Notes: generated from the letters alone by a model not told the origin. Shown: positions 25,507-38,202, counted from the whole stretch's first letter. The stretch: DNA of 63,641 nt, filler included, from Octopus bimaculoides (GCF_001194135.2; 4 parts of 4 records of this genome joined end to end with filler, not necessarily neighbours in it), one strand, 5' to 3'. A program made the numbers and translations.

Positions 25507-26500
25507 AAATAGACTGCATTCCATCTAACAGCTGTTTCTGTTTCCAATGTTGTATGCTATTACCCCTTATAACATACACCATTTTCCCATTCATTTATTT
25601 ATTTATCTTATCCCCGTATAACGGTCTCAATAGCTGGCCTTTTGTTTTTAAATTTCAACTGACCAATTACATGAATGTGCGACCTTGGCCTGTCTCACTT
25701 CGGACAACAGGTGGAAGGGCTAAACTACCTACTAGTAAATAAATAAAAATTACACTTAATCGATTAGCACTTTATTATGATTAATACTATTAATTAGTAC
25801 TACAAACATAATTATTATAAATTATGATTAATCTAAAACCTTATTGCATTTTCACCCTACCCCGACTAAAACCTATTGGCATATCCCACTATTACTTATT
25901 GTTTTTTTATTATTTATCTATCCTATCCCCACTATATAAAGGATTAACCCACCGATTGCTTTTTTTGGTTTAGTCATTTACTTAATGTCCCAAAGAGCTA
26001 TGCAAGCAAAATGGTACAATTACAACCATATTCAACTTTCTCTATGCTCTTCTTCTTTATTTATTCTTCATTCTGATGAAACTCCATGTTTCAGATCGGT
26101 TTTATTACCAAATGATAAATATTTTAGCATATCAAAGGCAACATCATACAACATTGGAAACAGAAACAGCTGTTAGATGGGATGCAGTCTATTTGTATTG
26201 TATTAATAAATGATAATTGATGTAAGTTAATTGTTCATCGATATTTCTCCATTTTCTATTTTCTTTAAATTTTGATTCTTGATAAACTCCTGTTTATCCT
26301 TGTCTTTACCTATAATTTATGAGCATAATATGTTTGCATATGTATGCCCATGGTTAAACATAGGTAATATACCGGTAGTGTAATGGATACTTCTATCCCT
26401 TAGATGGTTATTTTTACCCCTAACTGATTTAATTTCATATATATTTATATATAGAATTATAAATAACAAGAGAAATATACTATGATAAAATTTATCTTAC
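25507..26500 (+). mobile_element. PLE pLTR-like unit with degenerate hammerhead and inverted arm
   Basis: Inverted repeat 25507-25556 / 26145-26194; HHR core at 26073; 26340-26430 similar to 52590-52680 (TGGTTAAA..TAGGTA..CCTTAGATGGTT). Confidence 0.55.
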
Positions 26501-27183
26501 TATCAGATCTTCTTATTTATCAACAATTATACACAATCTTCAGGTTAAAAGAAATCTATGTTATTCATAATTTTATATATTTCTGTTTTCTTTTGTATTG
26601 TTTTATATATTCTATCTGTTTTGTAGAATGATACACTAAGGAGCATTTTTTACAAGTGCCACCAGATTAATTGAATCCACAGATTATGACTTAAATTTAC
26701 ATATATATTATCTAACAACAGTTAACTCAGCTCCATGCAACTTAACACTTTGTAGGGTAGTAGAATGAACCTAACTCTTCAGGCATGTAGAAAAGAGTAA
26801 ATGGGGGATATGAGGCCAAATTCAACTCAGGTGACCTGAGTTAGCCAATAGAGACTTAACATCTAGAAGCCATCTTCTTCTTTTCTTGTATCCTTTTATG
26901 CTCTCTATAGGTACATTTCATGAGCATACGAATCTTTAAGTGAAATTGTTATTTAATAATACATATAACCCTCAACAAATGTGATAAGTACCACTTTCAT
27001 TTGTCCTTTACAGATATATTTTTTGCAGATAAGATTATAATATACTCCAAGCTGTGTCCTGTTGAAGCACATTTACTTATTCTAGTACACCAAGGTCATA
27101 TGTAGGGGTTATATTTGTGTGAAGTATACATAAGAGTTGAAAAATATAGGAAAATAATAGTAAAAATTATTTATTCATCATTA

Positions 27184-27377
27184 TACTCTTTACTCTTTTA
27201 CTTGTTTCAGTCATTTGACTGCGGCCATGCTGGAGCACCGCATTTAGTCAAGCAAATCGACCCCAGGACTTATTCTTTGTAAGCCTAGTACTTATTCTAT
27301 CGGTCTCTTTTGCCGAACCGCTAAGTTACGGGGACGTAAACACACCAGCATCGGTTGTCAAGCAAAGCTAGGGGGGA

Positions 27378-27454
<77 letters not shown>

Positions 27455-27603
27455 GGCTTCTTTCACTTTCCGTCAACCAAATCCACTCACAAGGCTTTGG
27501 TCAGCCCGAGACTATAGAAGACATTTGCCAAGGATGCCACACAGTTGAACTGAACCCGGAACCATGTGGTTGGTAAGCAAGCTACTTACCACACAGCTAC
27601 TCC
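27184..27603 (-). mobile_element. SINE family B (tRNA head, internal (TA)n(TG)n, 3' domain ending ACTGAAACAAGTAAAAGAG)
   Basis: Complete copy; homologous to 32168, 44515, 51603, 55558, 56070, 60098, 61940. Confidence 0.9.
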
Positions 27604-28235
27604 TGCACCATGAGTTTCATTTGCTAAATGGAGGTACAAAATGGTACATGTAGGAGAAACATGTAAGACATTTATTGGAAGTTCTTCAGTAAGAGAATTG
27701 TATATGTAAGAGGAACAAATTTTTTGATTCTCTGTCTGAAGAATTTCTAATTTGAGATGTCTTGCATGTTTATCCAACAAGCACAACTTTGCAACTCCTG
27801 TTAGCAAATGAAATATGTAATGGTGAATAAATAATACCAAAAACTTTTCCAATATCCTGTTTTGATACACATATATGTACACACACAAACACACACACAT
27901 ACGCACACACACATACATACGCACACACAAACATATATGCATGTACACACACACACACACATTTTTAAACATTACTGGGAGTTTTAGTCATCTAAAAAGC
28001 TTGGATGACCTCAATTAACTGAAGTTATTTCCAGGTCACTATGTTACAGAAGTGAGCATCAGCTGTGTGTAAATTTAATATAGTGGGACCTCCCCCAGGG
28101 ACAATGAATTCTTGGCTATTTCTCTATTCCTAGGTATTTTCCCACAGTTGATATCCATAATAAGCATCACTACATTCCCTATGTGTGTGTGTGTGTGTGT
28201 GTTATATAATATGTAAGAGAAGCAATGTTATGAAA

Positions 28236-28985
28236 TATGAAGGTGGGTTGAAAAGTTCATAAGTATACTATGAAGGGGTGATGCTAAAGCTGTGAGATCT
28301 TGCATGAATTAATCTCAACTCTTCTTATTAATAACTGCATTCTTTCTTTTCAGATAAATTGACATTTAACTATTCAGAGGACTTCAACAGTAACTAGTAG
28401 CAATTTCTCTTGAAAATGAACAAAATTTGGCATCATGGTATTATCAAGTACCTATAGAAAAGAGGCTTTAGCCCCTCCCAAAGCATTTACATTGGCATGG
28501 TTGCTGCGTAAGGGAATGACAATCCAACTTAATCAACAGTGCAAAAGTGGGCAACTGAATTTAGGAGGGAAGGGAGAGATTTTTAGATAGCCCAAGGTCT
28601 GGACATCCTGCAGCTGCCTCCACTAAGGAAAATATTGATTGTGTTTACCACATGGTGAGGGATGATAGGTGATTTACTATAAATGAAATAGTCAATGCTA
28701 CTAGCATATTCAGTGGGAAAGTTGAGAATATTCTGCACAATGAACTTAACATTATGATGGTTTCTGCTCGGTGGGTAACACATCTGACACCTGATCAAAA
28801 ACACGCAAAACTGATCACATCACTGGGAAATCTGACACTGTTTGATGCAGATCCAGCTGGTTTCTTTGAACATTTCATGAGCCAAAAAGAGTGTTGACTT
28901 CATGCCTTTGAGCCAGAGACAAAGAGAAAATCTATGCAATGGAAACACCGCTCTAACCTGCTTGAAAGGCCAAGGTTATTTCATG
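28236..28985 (+). mobile_element. mariner element, 5' TIR plus N-terminal transposase pseudogene (3'-truncated)
   Basis: TIR TATGAAGGTGGGTTGAAAAGTTC; from ATG 28416: MNKIWHHGIIKYL*..TVQKWATEFRRGRE..DSPRSGHP..VSARWVTHLTPDQK..FEPETKRKSMQWKH; in-frame stops. Confidence 0.9.
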
Positions 28986-29363
28986 TGTGTCTTTTATCTT
29001 TTACTTGGCTTAGTTATTGGATTTATAAGATTTATTTCTAGATTTCTTCTAAATATTTGCTATACATTAGATAGAAGCCTTTTATATGATCTCAACTGAA
29101 TGAAGTTTATGAAGTTTATAATAATATTACCAGGAGAACCAGAAAAAAAATTTGAAGTGTGAGCTTGAAGCAACCATTTTCGCATGTCCTTCACAAAGGT
29201 TTTTAAATGATAGAACATAATTTTTCATTCTATATTTCAGAAAATATTCAGACAGTGAATATTTCAAAAGAAAACCAAATTCGGTTTTACATGTTGATGA
29301 TCAGAAATGAGCAACTCTGAGTATTGGAAGCTGGAACCTTTCAGTTATGTATTATACACGCAC

Positions 29364-29414
<51 letters not shown>

Positions 29415-29431
29415 GTTTTACATATATGTGC

Positions 29432-29467
<36 letters not shown>

Positions 29468-29980
29468 TCTTATATAAAATAAGCCTGTGTGTATTTGCAT
29501 TATACACACAAATGGCTGTGCAAATTGCTTCCATTATTTGGGATGCATAAATAATTTGACCTCAGATACATAATAGGGTCTTCAGTTTATTTTTTTTATT
29601 AAAAATAAATAATATTGCTTTCTATATACAATTTACTTCTTTGAAAAGGTTTCTCAATAACAACTTCCAGTATTGAATAGCAAAGATAAAATTTTTCGTT
29701 TTCATTTGTAAAACTTCTCACTCTCTATTTCAATGTTTTCATTTCAAGTTTTAATTTGCTATTTGCAAACAATTACGATAAATTACTGAATGAAGTATTC
29801 TCAGTTCACAAATTTAAATATTCGGTACAAGATAATTTTTAACAAGTTTTTATTTATACGATTTTTTTCATTTCATTTACTGTTTGCAATATTCTCTCTC
29901 CCTGTCTTTCTCACACACACACACAAGTCAGTCACACATGCACATGTGTGTTTTTGTATGTACGTCTGTATACATTTATG

Positions 29981-30011
<31 letters not shown>

Positions 30012-30477
30012 AAGAGAAAGAGAGAGAGAGAGTCAGTCAAGGGGTGTGTTGTCATGTATACTTACATACATAAATACATAGGCAGACATCTTTTTTGTAT
30101 GTATGTGGGTGTGTGAGTGTGAAACAGAGAGTGAGAGTGATGTCTAAGTGGCACTCACTCTATCTCTATCTCTCTCACACACACATACACATGCAAAAAT
30201 ACAAAACAGATGTATGCATATTTATGTATGTATATAAACATGACAACACATCCCTTCTCTTTCTCACACGTCTATTTCATCTGTTGTTTGATACTGTATG
30301 TATGTGTGTGGTGGTGGTGGTGGGGTGGGGTGGGGGCATTTCACAAATGCCATTTATTTCAATCACTCTTTTTTTCCCCTTTAATTCCCATTTTAATTTT
30401 CGAAAAAGTTTTCAAGGAAAATGTTCTCACTCTCTACAATAGGAATTGGGGTAGATGTAGATGATTAGTATTCTATA

Positions 30478-31722
30478 GTGAAGCAAAGACAAGTACAGGC
30501 AGCCAGAGTCAATGCTGAATACTGCAACTCTATTAAGTATTTTTGCAAATATATAAACAAAGGTTTAGATGCTGCAACATACACTCTTATGCAGAATGGC
30601 AGTCAGCAGATAAATAAAAATGACAAAGTTACACAGTATGACAGAGGAAGATACATCAGTGCCAATGAGGCTTTTTGGTGCATCTTCAATTTTCCCATTC
30701 ATGAGAGGCACCCAGCCATCATTCATCTGAGTATCCATCTAGAGAATGGCCACAGGGTTATCTTTACAAAACAAACAGCCTTACAACAAGCACTTTCTCC
30801 AAAAGAAATTACCCTTACTGCCTTTTTTTAAGTTGTGTCAAGTAGATGAAGATGCAAGAAAACTCCTTTACCCAGAATTACCCAAGTATTACACTTGGAG
30901 AAACAATAAATGGCACAAGAGGAAATGGACTGATGCTCTTGCAAGAGTCTACAGTGTCCCCACCCAAACCAAGCAGAATGCTACGACTTATGGTTCCTTC
31001 TGCATGAAGTACGTGATCTCAAATCATTCCAAGATTCGAGGAGGGTAAATGGTCATGTGTGAGAAACTATAGGGAAGCATGCTATCAAAAGGGTTTCTCT
31101 AGAAAATGATGAGCATTGGGACCTTGCATTGACTGAAGCATCGATATCAGATTCTCCAAGGAAACTCCATAACCTATTTTGCAATCATACTGAACATGTG
31201 TCAACCTGGCAGGCCTCTATAACTTTGGATGAAACATAGTGAGGACATGTATGAGGACTTAAAGTATACAGTTCAGCAGGCAAACCCACATATCAATATT
31301 CAGTTCTCTGAAACAATTTTTAACCACAACTGATTGAAATTGAGGATCAAGTTTTGGCAATGGGAGGCAAAAATTTACAAGAGTTTGACTCCGGACTGCC
31401 AAAAACAAACCGTCAAATTAGTGATTTAACTTCAAGAGACATAACAAGAGAGATAAATTATGATATTAGTGAATGAACATGAACCTAAACTTCTTCCAGA
31501 ACAAAGCTGGGCATATGATCAAATCTTTCATTTTGTATTATTATTAATATTTTTCTGTATTATGAATTTAGAATTGATTTCCCAATTGAAGAATAAATTG
31601 TGCCTTTATTGAAGAATAAATTGAATTTAGAATAACAAATGTTTATACAACATATTTTGCTTTTTTCTTCCGATATATAAAGAACAATTTCATTTTAGAA
31701 CAATGCCGGGTGACTCTGCTAG
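30478..31722 (+). mobile_element. Helitron Rep/Hel fragment joined to a Helitron 3' end
   Basis: NAEYCNSIKYFCKYINKGLD..GRYISANEAFWCIFNFPIHERHPAIIHLSIHLENG..TLTAFF/KLCQVDEDARKLLYPELPKYYTW..ENDEHWDLALTEA; terminus GCCGGGTGACTCTGCTAG|T at 31722. Confidence 0.9.
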
Positions 31723-32057
31723 TATATATATATTTTTATATATAAATGTAAGATTCAAGGATCAAGGTGTAGGATCAAGCAAACCGTAGAAAATAGAAAA
31801 AAAAAAAAAGACCCAACTTACAGGAACAATAGCAGCTTATTGCGGCGGAAGGTTGTGGATTTATTCCATATTGAAGTACAATCAGGTGAAAAAAATTATT
31901 TTATAATTCACAGTAGGCAGCCAGTGTTGCCAGGTATGTGAATAAAATACAAGAGTTAAGGAATGGAGTAGATAATACTTGGGTTACATATGTTTCACAG
32001 CGAGCTATGAAACATAGGTCGTCCAGATGTTATCTACTCCATTCCTTAACTCTTGTC

Positions 32058-32089
<32 letters not shown>

Positions 32090-32167
32090 CATACACACAC
32101 ACACACACACATTTGCATACATATATATTTACACATGCACTTTCTAAATGGATATATATATTAGGTG

Positions 32168-33298
32168 CAGGAGTGGCTGCGTGGTAAGTAGCTTGCTTAC
32201 CAACCACATGGTACCAGGTTCATTCCCACTGTGTGGCACCTTGAGCAAGTGTCTTCTACCTCGGGCTGACCAAAGCCTTGTGAGTGGATTTGGTAGATGG
32301 AAACTGAAAGAAGCCCGTCATATATATGCATATATATATATATANNNNNNNNNNNNNNNNNNNNNNNNNNNNNNNNNNNNNNNNNNNNNNNNNNNNNNNN
32401 NNNNNNNNNNNNNNNNNNNNNNNNNNNNNNNNNNNNNNNNNNNNNNNNNNNNNNNNNNNNNNNNNNNNNNNNNNNNNNNNNNNNNNNNNNNNNNNNNNNN
32501 NNNNNNNNNNNNNNNNNNNNNNNNNNNNNNNNNNNNNNNNNNNNNNNNNNNNNNNNNNNNNNNNNNNNNNNNNNNNNNNNNNNNNNNNNNNNNNNNNNNN
32601 NNNNNNNNNNNNNNNNNNNNNNNNNNNNNNNNNNNNNNNNNNNNNNNNNNNNNNNNNNNNNNNNNNNNNNNNNNNNNNNNNNNNNNNNNNNNNNNNNNNN
32701 NNNNNNNNNNNNNNNNNNNNNNNNNNNNNNNNNNNNNNNNNNNNNNNNNNNNNNNNNNNNNNNNNNNNNNNNNNNNNNNNNNNNNNNNNNNNNNNNNNNN
32801 NNNNNNNNNNNNNNNNNNNNNNNNNNNNNNNNNNNNNNNNNNNNNNNNNNNNNNNNNNNNNNNNNNNNNNNNNNNNNNNNNNNNNNNNNNNNNNNNNNNN
32901 NNNNNNNNNNNNNNNNNNNNNNNNNNNNNNNNNNNNNNNNNNNNNNNNNNNNNNNNNNNNNNNNNNNNNNNNNNNNNNNNNNNNNNNNNNNNNNNNNNNN
33001 NNNNNNNNNNNNNNNNNNNNNNNNNNNNNNNNNNNNNNNNNNNNNNNNNNNNNNNNNNNNNNNNNNNNNNNNNNNTATATATATGTATGTATGTGTGTGT
33101 ATATGTTTGTGTGTCTGTGTTTGCCCCCCTCAACATTGCTTGACAACTGATGCTGGTGTGTTTACATCACCGTAACCCAGCAGTTCGGCAAAAAGCGACC
33201 GATAGAATAAGTACTAGGCTTACAAAGAATAAGATTTGCTCGACTAAAGGCGGTGCTCCAGAATGGCTGCAGTCAAATGACTGAAACAAGTAAAAGAG

Positions 33299-33300
<2 letters not shown>
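32168..33300 (+). mobile_element. SINE family B spanning an N gap
   Basis: Head AGGAGTGGCTGCGTGGTAAG..; gap lies in the internal (TA)n; 3' domain and tail present. Confidence 0.85.
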
Positions 33301-33334
<34 letters not shown>

Positions 33335-33449
33335 AACACAGACATACGCACACATATGCATATAAGACACAACCTCAAAAAATTCAGTTCAACCTACAAG
33401 TTTTGAGGAGCAGATGTAAAGCAATTATGAAGATGATGGTTATAGTGTT

Positions 33450-33812
33450 GCCTGACTGGTCTCTTGCTGGTGGTATGTAAAAAACACCGTTCAAGCATGG
33501 TCGTTGTCAGTGCTGCCTAATTGGCTCCTGTGTCGGTGGCACATAAACGGCAGCGTTTGAGTGTAGTCATTGCCAGTGCCACCTGACTAGCTCCCATGCC
33601 GGTGGCACAGAAAAAGCACCATTCAAGTGTGGTTGATGCCAGTAACACCTGACTAGCCCTCATGCCAGTGGTTGGTGTTAGGAAGGGCATCCAGCTGTAG
33701 AAAGCCTGCCAGATCAGATTGGAGTCTGGTGCAGCCTTCTGACTTGCCAGTCCTCAGTCAAACTGTGCAACCGATGCCAGCATGGAAAGCGGACGTTAAA
33801 TGATGATAATGA
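33450..33812 (+). mobile_element. RTE-tailed short element with about 66-bp internal tandem units
   Basis: Three plus a partial GCCGGTGGCAC..AAAAGCACC..CTGACTAG units; tail GGAAGGGCATCCAGCTGTAGAAA..GCCAGCATGGAAAGCGGACGTTAAATGATGAT. Confidence 0.65.
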
Positions 33813-33850
33813 TATATATATATATATATATATACGTTTATACAAACCTT

Positions 33851-34166
33851 TAGCATGTTGAATGTAGATGGGCAGAACAATTTAAGAGAATTCTAAAAAG
33901 AGATTAGACATTCCCGTACTTGGATGTTTCACTCTTAACTATTTGATACATTTATAAATCAATTAATCGATCAATGTATTAACCACCTGTGGCTCTTCAG
34001 CATGAACTATTCTCACTGAAGAGCCACAGATAGTTAATGCATTGAATGATTAATTGATTAATTAGTGTATTAAATCATTAAGGGTGAAACTGCAAAGTAT
34101 GGGAATGACTAATCTCTTTTTTGAATTCTCTCAAATTGTCCTGCCTGCCCACATTCAATGTGCTAA
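33851..34166. repeat. About 316-bp imperfect palindrome (head-to-head inverted duplication)
   Basis: Arms pair along their length; core CTGTGGCTCTTCAG / CTGAAGAGCCACAG around a 15-nt spacer. Confidence 0.9.
34009..34106 (+). ncRNA. Type I hammerhead ribozyme (candidate, intact core)
   Basis: Helix I ATTCTCA/TGGGAAT (7 bp, one GU); CTGAAGA 34016-34022; GAAA 34086-34089; helix III AC-T/A-GT with GCAA loop; GTA cleavage triplet 34097-34099. Confidence 0.7.
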
Positions 34167-34319
34167 AATAAGAATAGATTTTCATGGTTTGGGATTTAAC
34201 TCCTATTTCTAGCATGTTGGAAAACCACTTAGTGGCTTTTCCCTTCTTGTGTAATCTCTATACACACATATAATATATATATATATGTATAAATATATAT
34301 GTATGTGTATACATATATA

Positions 34320-34378
<59 letters not shown>

Positions 34379-34478
34379 NNNNNNNNNNNNNNNNNNNNNN
34401 NNNNNNNNNNNNNNNNNNNNNNTTAATTAATTAANNNNNNNNNNNNNNNNNNNNNNNNNNNNNNNNNNNNNNNNNNNN

Positions 34479-34529
<51 letters not shown>

Positions 34530-35340
34530 AACACACACACACAATCACACAAAAACACACACATGCACGCACGTACGCATTCATGTTTACACCCTCACAC
34601 GCATGTATGTACGTTTTGATATTTGCGAATGTGGGGTACAGTTTTTCTAATAAACATGCTATATTGAAAACAAAACTTCTCTCTAATTTTAACATTTATA
34701 TATTAAGGATGCTTTTCTTTAGTCATTTATGTTTTCTTAGGGATAATAAATTCCTAGTTAGCTCGACGTTTATAGAGACCTCCTTGGTTTATATTCTGGA
34801 TGAAATTATCGCAGTGGTAGTTGTGTGTGTGTGTGCATACACACACATATATGTACACACATGCACACACATATATACAAACTCAAACACACACAAAACA
34901 TATTTATACATACATACCTATATATTATATATAATATATAATATATAATTAAAAATAAATGTTTTTTTAAATGCATAAAAACAACATCGAACATTAGCTG
35001 AATAAAGGACTGGATAAAGACTGAATAAAGTACATGTGGAATACTATTTATAGTAGATATACACTCATTATATATGTATATATAATTGTATGTATATATG
35101 TATATATGCGTACATCCAAAATCTCTATCCACCGATCGATGTCTGTATTTTAAAGTGGAATAAAAACAAATGTTGTCTCAAAAGAGAATACTTTAATGTT
35201 TCGATAGAGTATAGATCGATGAATTAATTACCAGACAGAATTAAGCGTTATATTTGATTACATTTTGAGAGCAACTAGGTACAGACTTTATAAAAGAGTT
35301 TAGGGTAGGTCGTAAATCTATCTATCTATCTATCTATCTG

Positions 35341-35392
<52 letters not shown>

Positions 35393-36019
35393 AAGATGGG
35401 TGAATGTAGCAAGGATGGCACGTGTGAACGACGGAACCATCTTGAGCATAACCCTATGAACAAGAAAAAAAAATAAAACAAAAAGGCAAAAGAGAGTCAC
35501 TTACTGTTATAGTTTCTTCAATGAGAATATTGACCAAGGTTACCGTGGTCTTTTCCGTGGGCTTTTCCTTCCACGGCTAAACCTAAACTGTCCTCCCCTC
35601 TTTTTACACGAGAACATTACTGTGTGATACANNNNNNNNNNNNNNNNNNNNNNNNNNNNNNNNNNNNNNNNNNNNNNNNNNNNNNNNNNNNNNNNNNNNN
35701 NNNNNNNNNNNNNNNNNNNNNNNNNNNNNNNNNNNNNNNNNNNNNNNNNNNNNNNNNNNNNNNNNNNNNNNNNNNNNNNNNNNNNNNNNNNNNNNNNNNN
35801 NNNNNNNNNNNNNNNNNNNNNNNNNNNNNNNNNNNNNNNNNNNNNNNNNNNNNNNNNNNNNNNNNNNNNNNNNNNNNNGAGCTTTTCCTTCCTTCCCCCT
35901 CCCAAAAAGAAAAGCTCTACATTGTATTTGTCCCATCTTCGTTGAGCCCTGTGTGGCTAATAAAAGAAATGTATCTATCTATCTATATGTCTTTCTGACT
36001 GTCTGTATGTATGTCTTTA

Positions 36020-36545
36020 CAAAAGATATATTTTACGGGTCTATACCTGCACCCACGCTATTCAGTAGGATCTTTGGCACAGTGCACTAAAAACTACACC
36101 ATAAAAGTTTTATGCAATTGTAGCAGACTCTGCATCAGAACAGAAAGCACAACTACATCGATTGTTGGTTTTCAGTATGCAAATGAGGGGACAGTTAGTG
36201 CGACCTCAGAAGAACTACAAACAAACTGTCACCGATAATTTTACTGCAGTATATAAGATCTCGGGTCTAACTCTCAACATGAATAACATAATGGATTTTG
36301 CATCAGCAAACACCCAACAAACTGGAGCCCGCTCCAGCTATCAGTTACGCGGTGAAATAGTGTTGGAAAACGAAGAGAACCTATAATAACATGGTAGTTA
36401 ACTGTTACGGAACACAAACGTTTATGAGAGGATACAACAGGATAATTTTGATTGCTTGAGAAGACGAATGTATGACGAGCATGATCCAAGACAATCAAAC
36501 TTATAGTACGTAAAACAACTATTTTACCCAGTCTCCCATGGGAGA
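36020..36545 (+). mobile_element. RTE-clade LINE RT fragment (degenerate)
   Basis: FQYANEGTVSATSEELQT/TDNFTAVYKISGLTLN..LENEENL..GS..FDCLRRRMYDEH, a degenerate match to RT YADD and FTYLGS regions. Confidence 0.65.
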
Positions 36546-36990
36546 TGTATATTCTGTATATCCAAATAGCAGAACAGAATGAGGAACGTTAATATGTTTC
36601 AGAACCCCAATACATTCTGCATTTAAATCATAGTTAATATTGGATATCAGCCACGATGAGCTGCCCACGTCTCGCAAATGCTGGACCATTGCATATCGAA
36701 AAATGGTTTCTCCATTCTAAAGGACATGTACTTCAGGGGAAAAAATAAAAACGTGACAGACCTACTAAAAGGAAATTCGAAAAATTTGTAACATCAATGT
36801 GTACGAGTGTGAATTGTTGGTAAATATGCAACATAAATATCTCAATGGTGTGAGCACAAATAGTGCGGAGCGATCAACCAAGCGACTCTTCTTATACGAG
36901 ATAAGAAATGCTTAATCTGCGATCAAACTTGTCGACTCTGCACTGGCCGACATAGCGCGTGCGAAAGTGAGTGAGCGAGTGAGTGAATGA

Positions 36991-37048
<58 letters not shown>

Positions 37049-37081
37049 TTGAGTTGTGTGTGTATAATATAATATAATATA

Positions 37082-37176
<95 letters not shown>

Positions 37177-37189
37177 GTTTGTATGTGGA

Positions 37190-37540
37190 AAATCATCGAA
37201 GCGGAAGCACTGTCACGTGCAACATTATCACGGTAATGAGTCAAGGGTACATTTTATCACCGTCCTTGTTCTTGTCAGCGGCCGACTTCACAATGACTCG
37301 GTTCATGAATAATTCGATCTTAGGGATTCGTTGGAGACTCAGTAGACTGGCAAGAGATGACAACAAGTCTTTCTGACATCAGCTCCCGACTTTGCCTCCG
37401 TATAAAAGACCAAAATAGAGAGGCCTAATACACAGGCGAAAATCAACCGAAACCCGTCTATCTTGGTGGACAAGATAGTGAATTTCATGATACATTTATA
37501 TACCTAGGTAGTAACATTGGCAGAAATGGTCGTGCTCTTC
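37190..37540 (+). mobile_element. RTE-clade LINE RT fragment (degenerate)
   Basis: VMSQGYILSPSLFLSAADFTM..GIRW (QGCILSP motif) and ..YLGSNIGRNG. Confidence 0.7.
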
Positions 37541-37577
37541 CATTCACTAAAGGACTAAAATTCCTCTAAACTCTATC

Positions 37578-37613
<36 letters not shown>

Positions 37614-38202
37614 TGTATGTATGTATGTATGTATGTATGTATGCATATCAAAGGAAAGAAAATAGACAAAAAGTGGATGTATGAATAATTTATTTGTATG
37701 ATAAAAAAAATGTTGAAAATTTTTTTTTAAAACATAACAATACAAATAAATTAATTATAAGGCTCAAAATATGTGAAAAAAACCTACATATATGTTTCAG
37801 TACTATCCCCTAGTTGAAAAGGAATTCTAAGCATTTGGTTAAATGCCAAGAAAGGTATCATTTTTTAACTATGTGGGGCAGAACCTTTTCACGGCTAATT
37901 TGAGCTTATAGAACTTAGGTAGGCATCCTTCAAAGGAAAAATATTAACCTAAGTTCTATAACCCTGAAGAGGTACAGCCCCCACCATATAGTTAAAGCAT
38001 TATTTTAGCTTCGATATGTGGGATAGAGAGTTGCTGATGAAGTCACAAGGTGTGTGACGAAACATCTTTGACAAAGAAACTAAAATAATAATAAAACTGA
38101 AGTGTAGACCAAATATATGACCCAACCCCCAGTATAACAACATACATACATGCAAGCAAGCAAGCAAGCATATTATATGTGTGTGTTTTATCTTGCTTTC
38201 AA

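Noticed and set aside
32148-33175. Long ORFs of 270-390 aa here and at 56094-57369 and 58516-59629
   Set aside because: They are open only because N gaps translate as X
33450-33680. CRISPR-like periodic repeats
   Set aside because: Eukaryotic context, diverged contiguous units without unique spacers, and no cas genes
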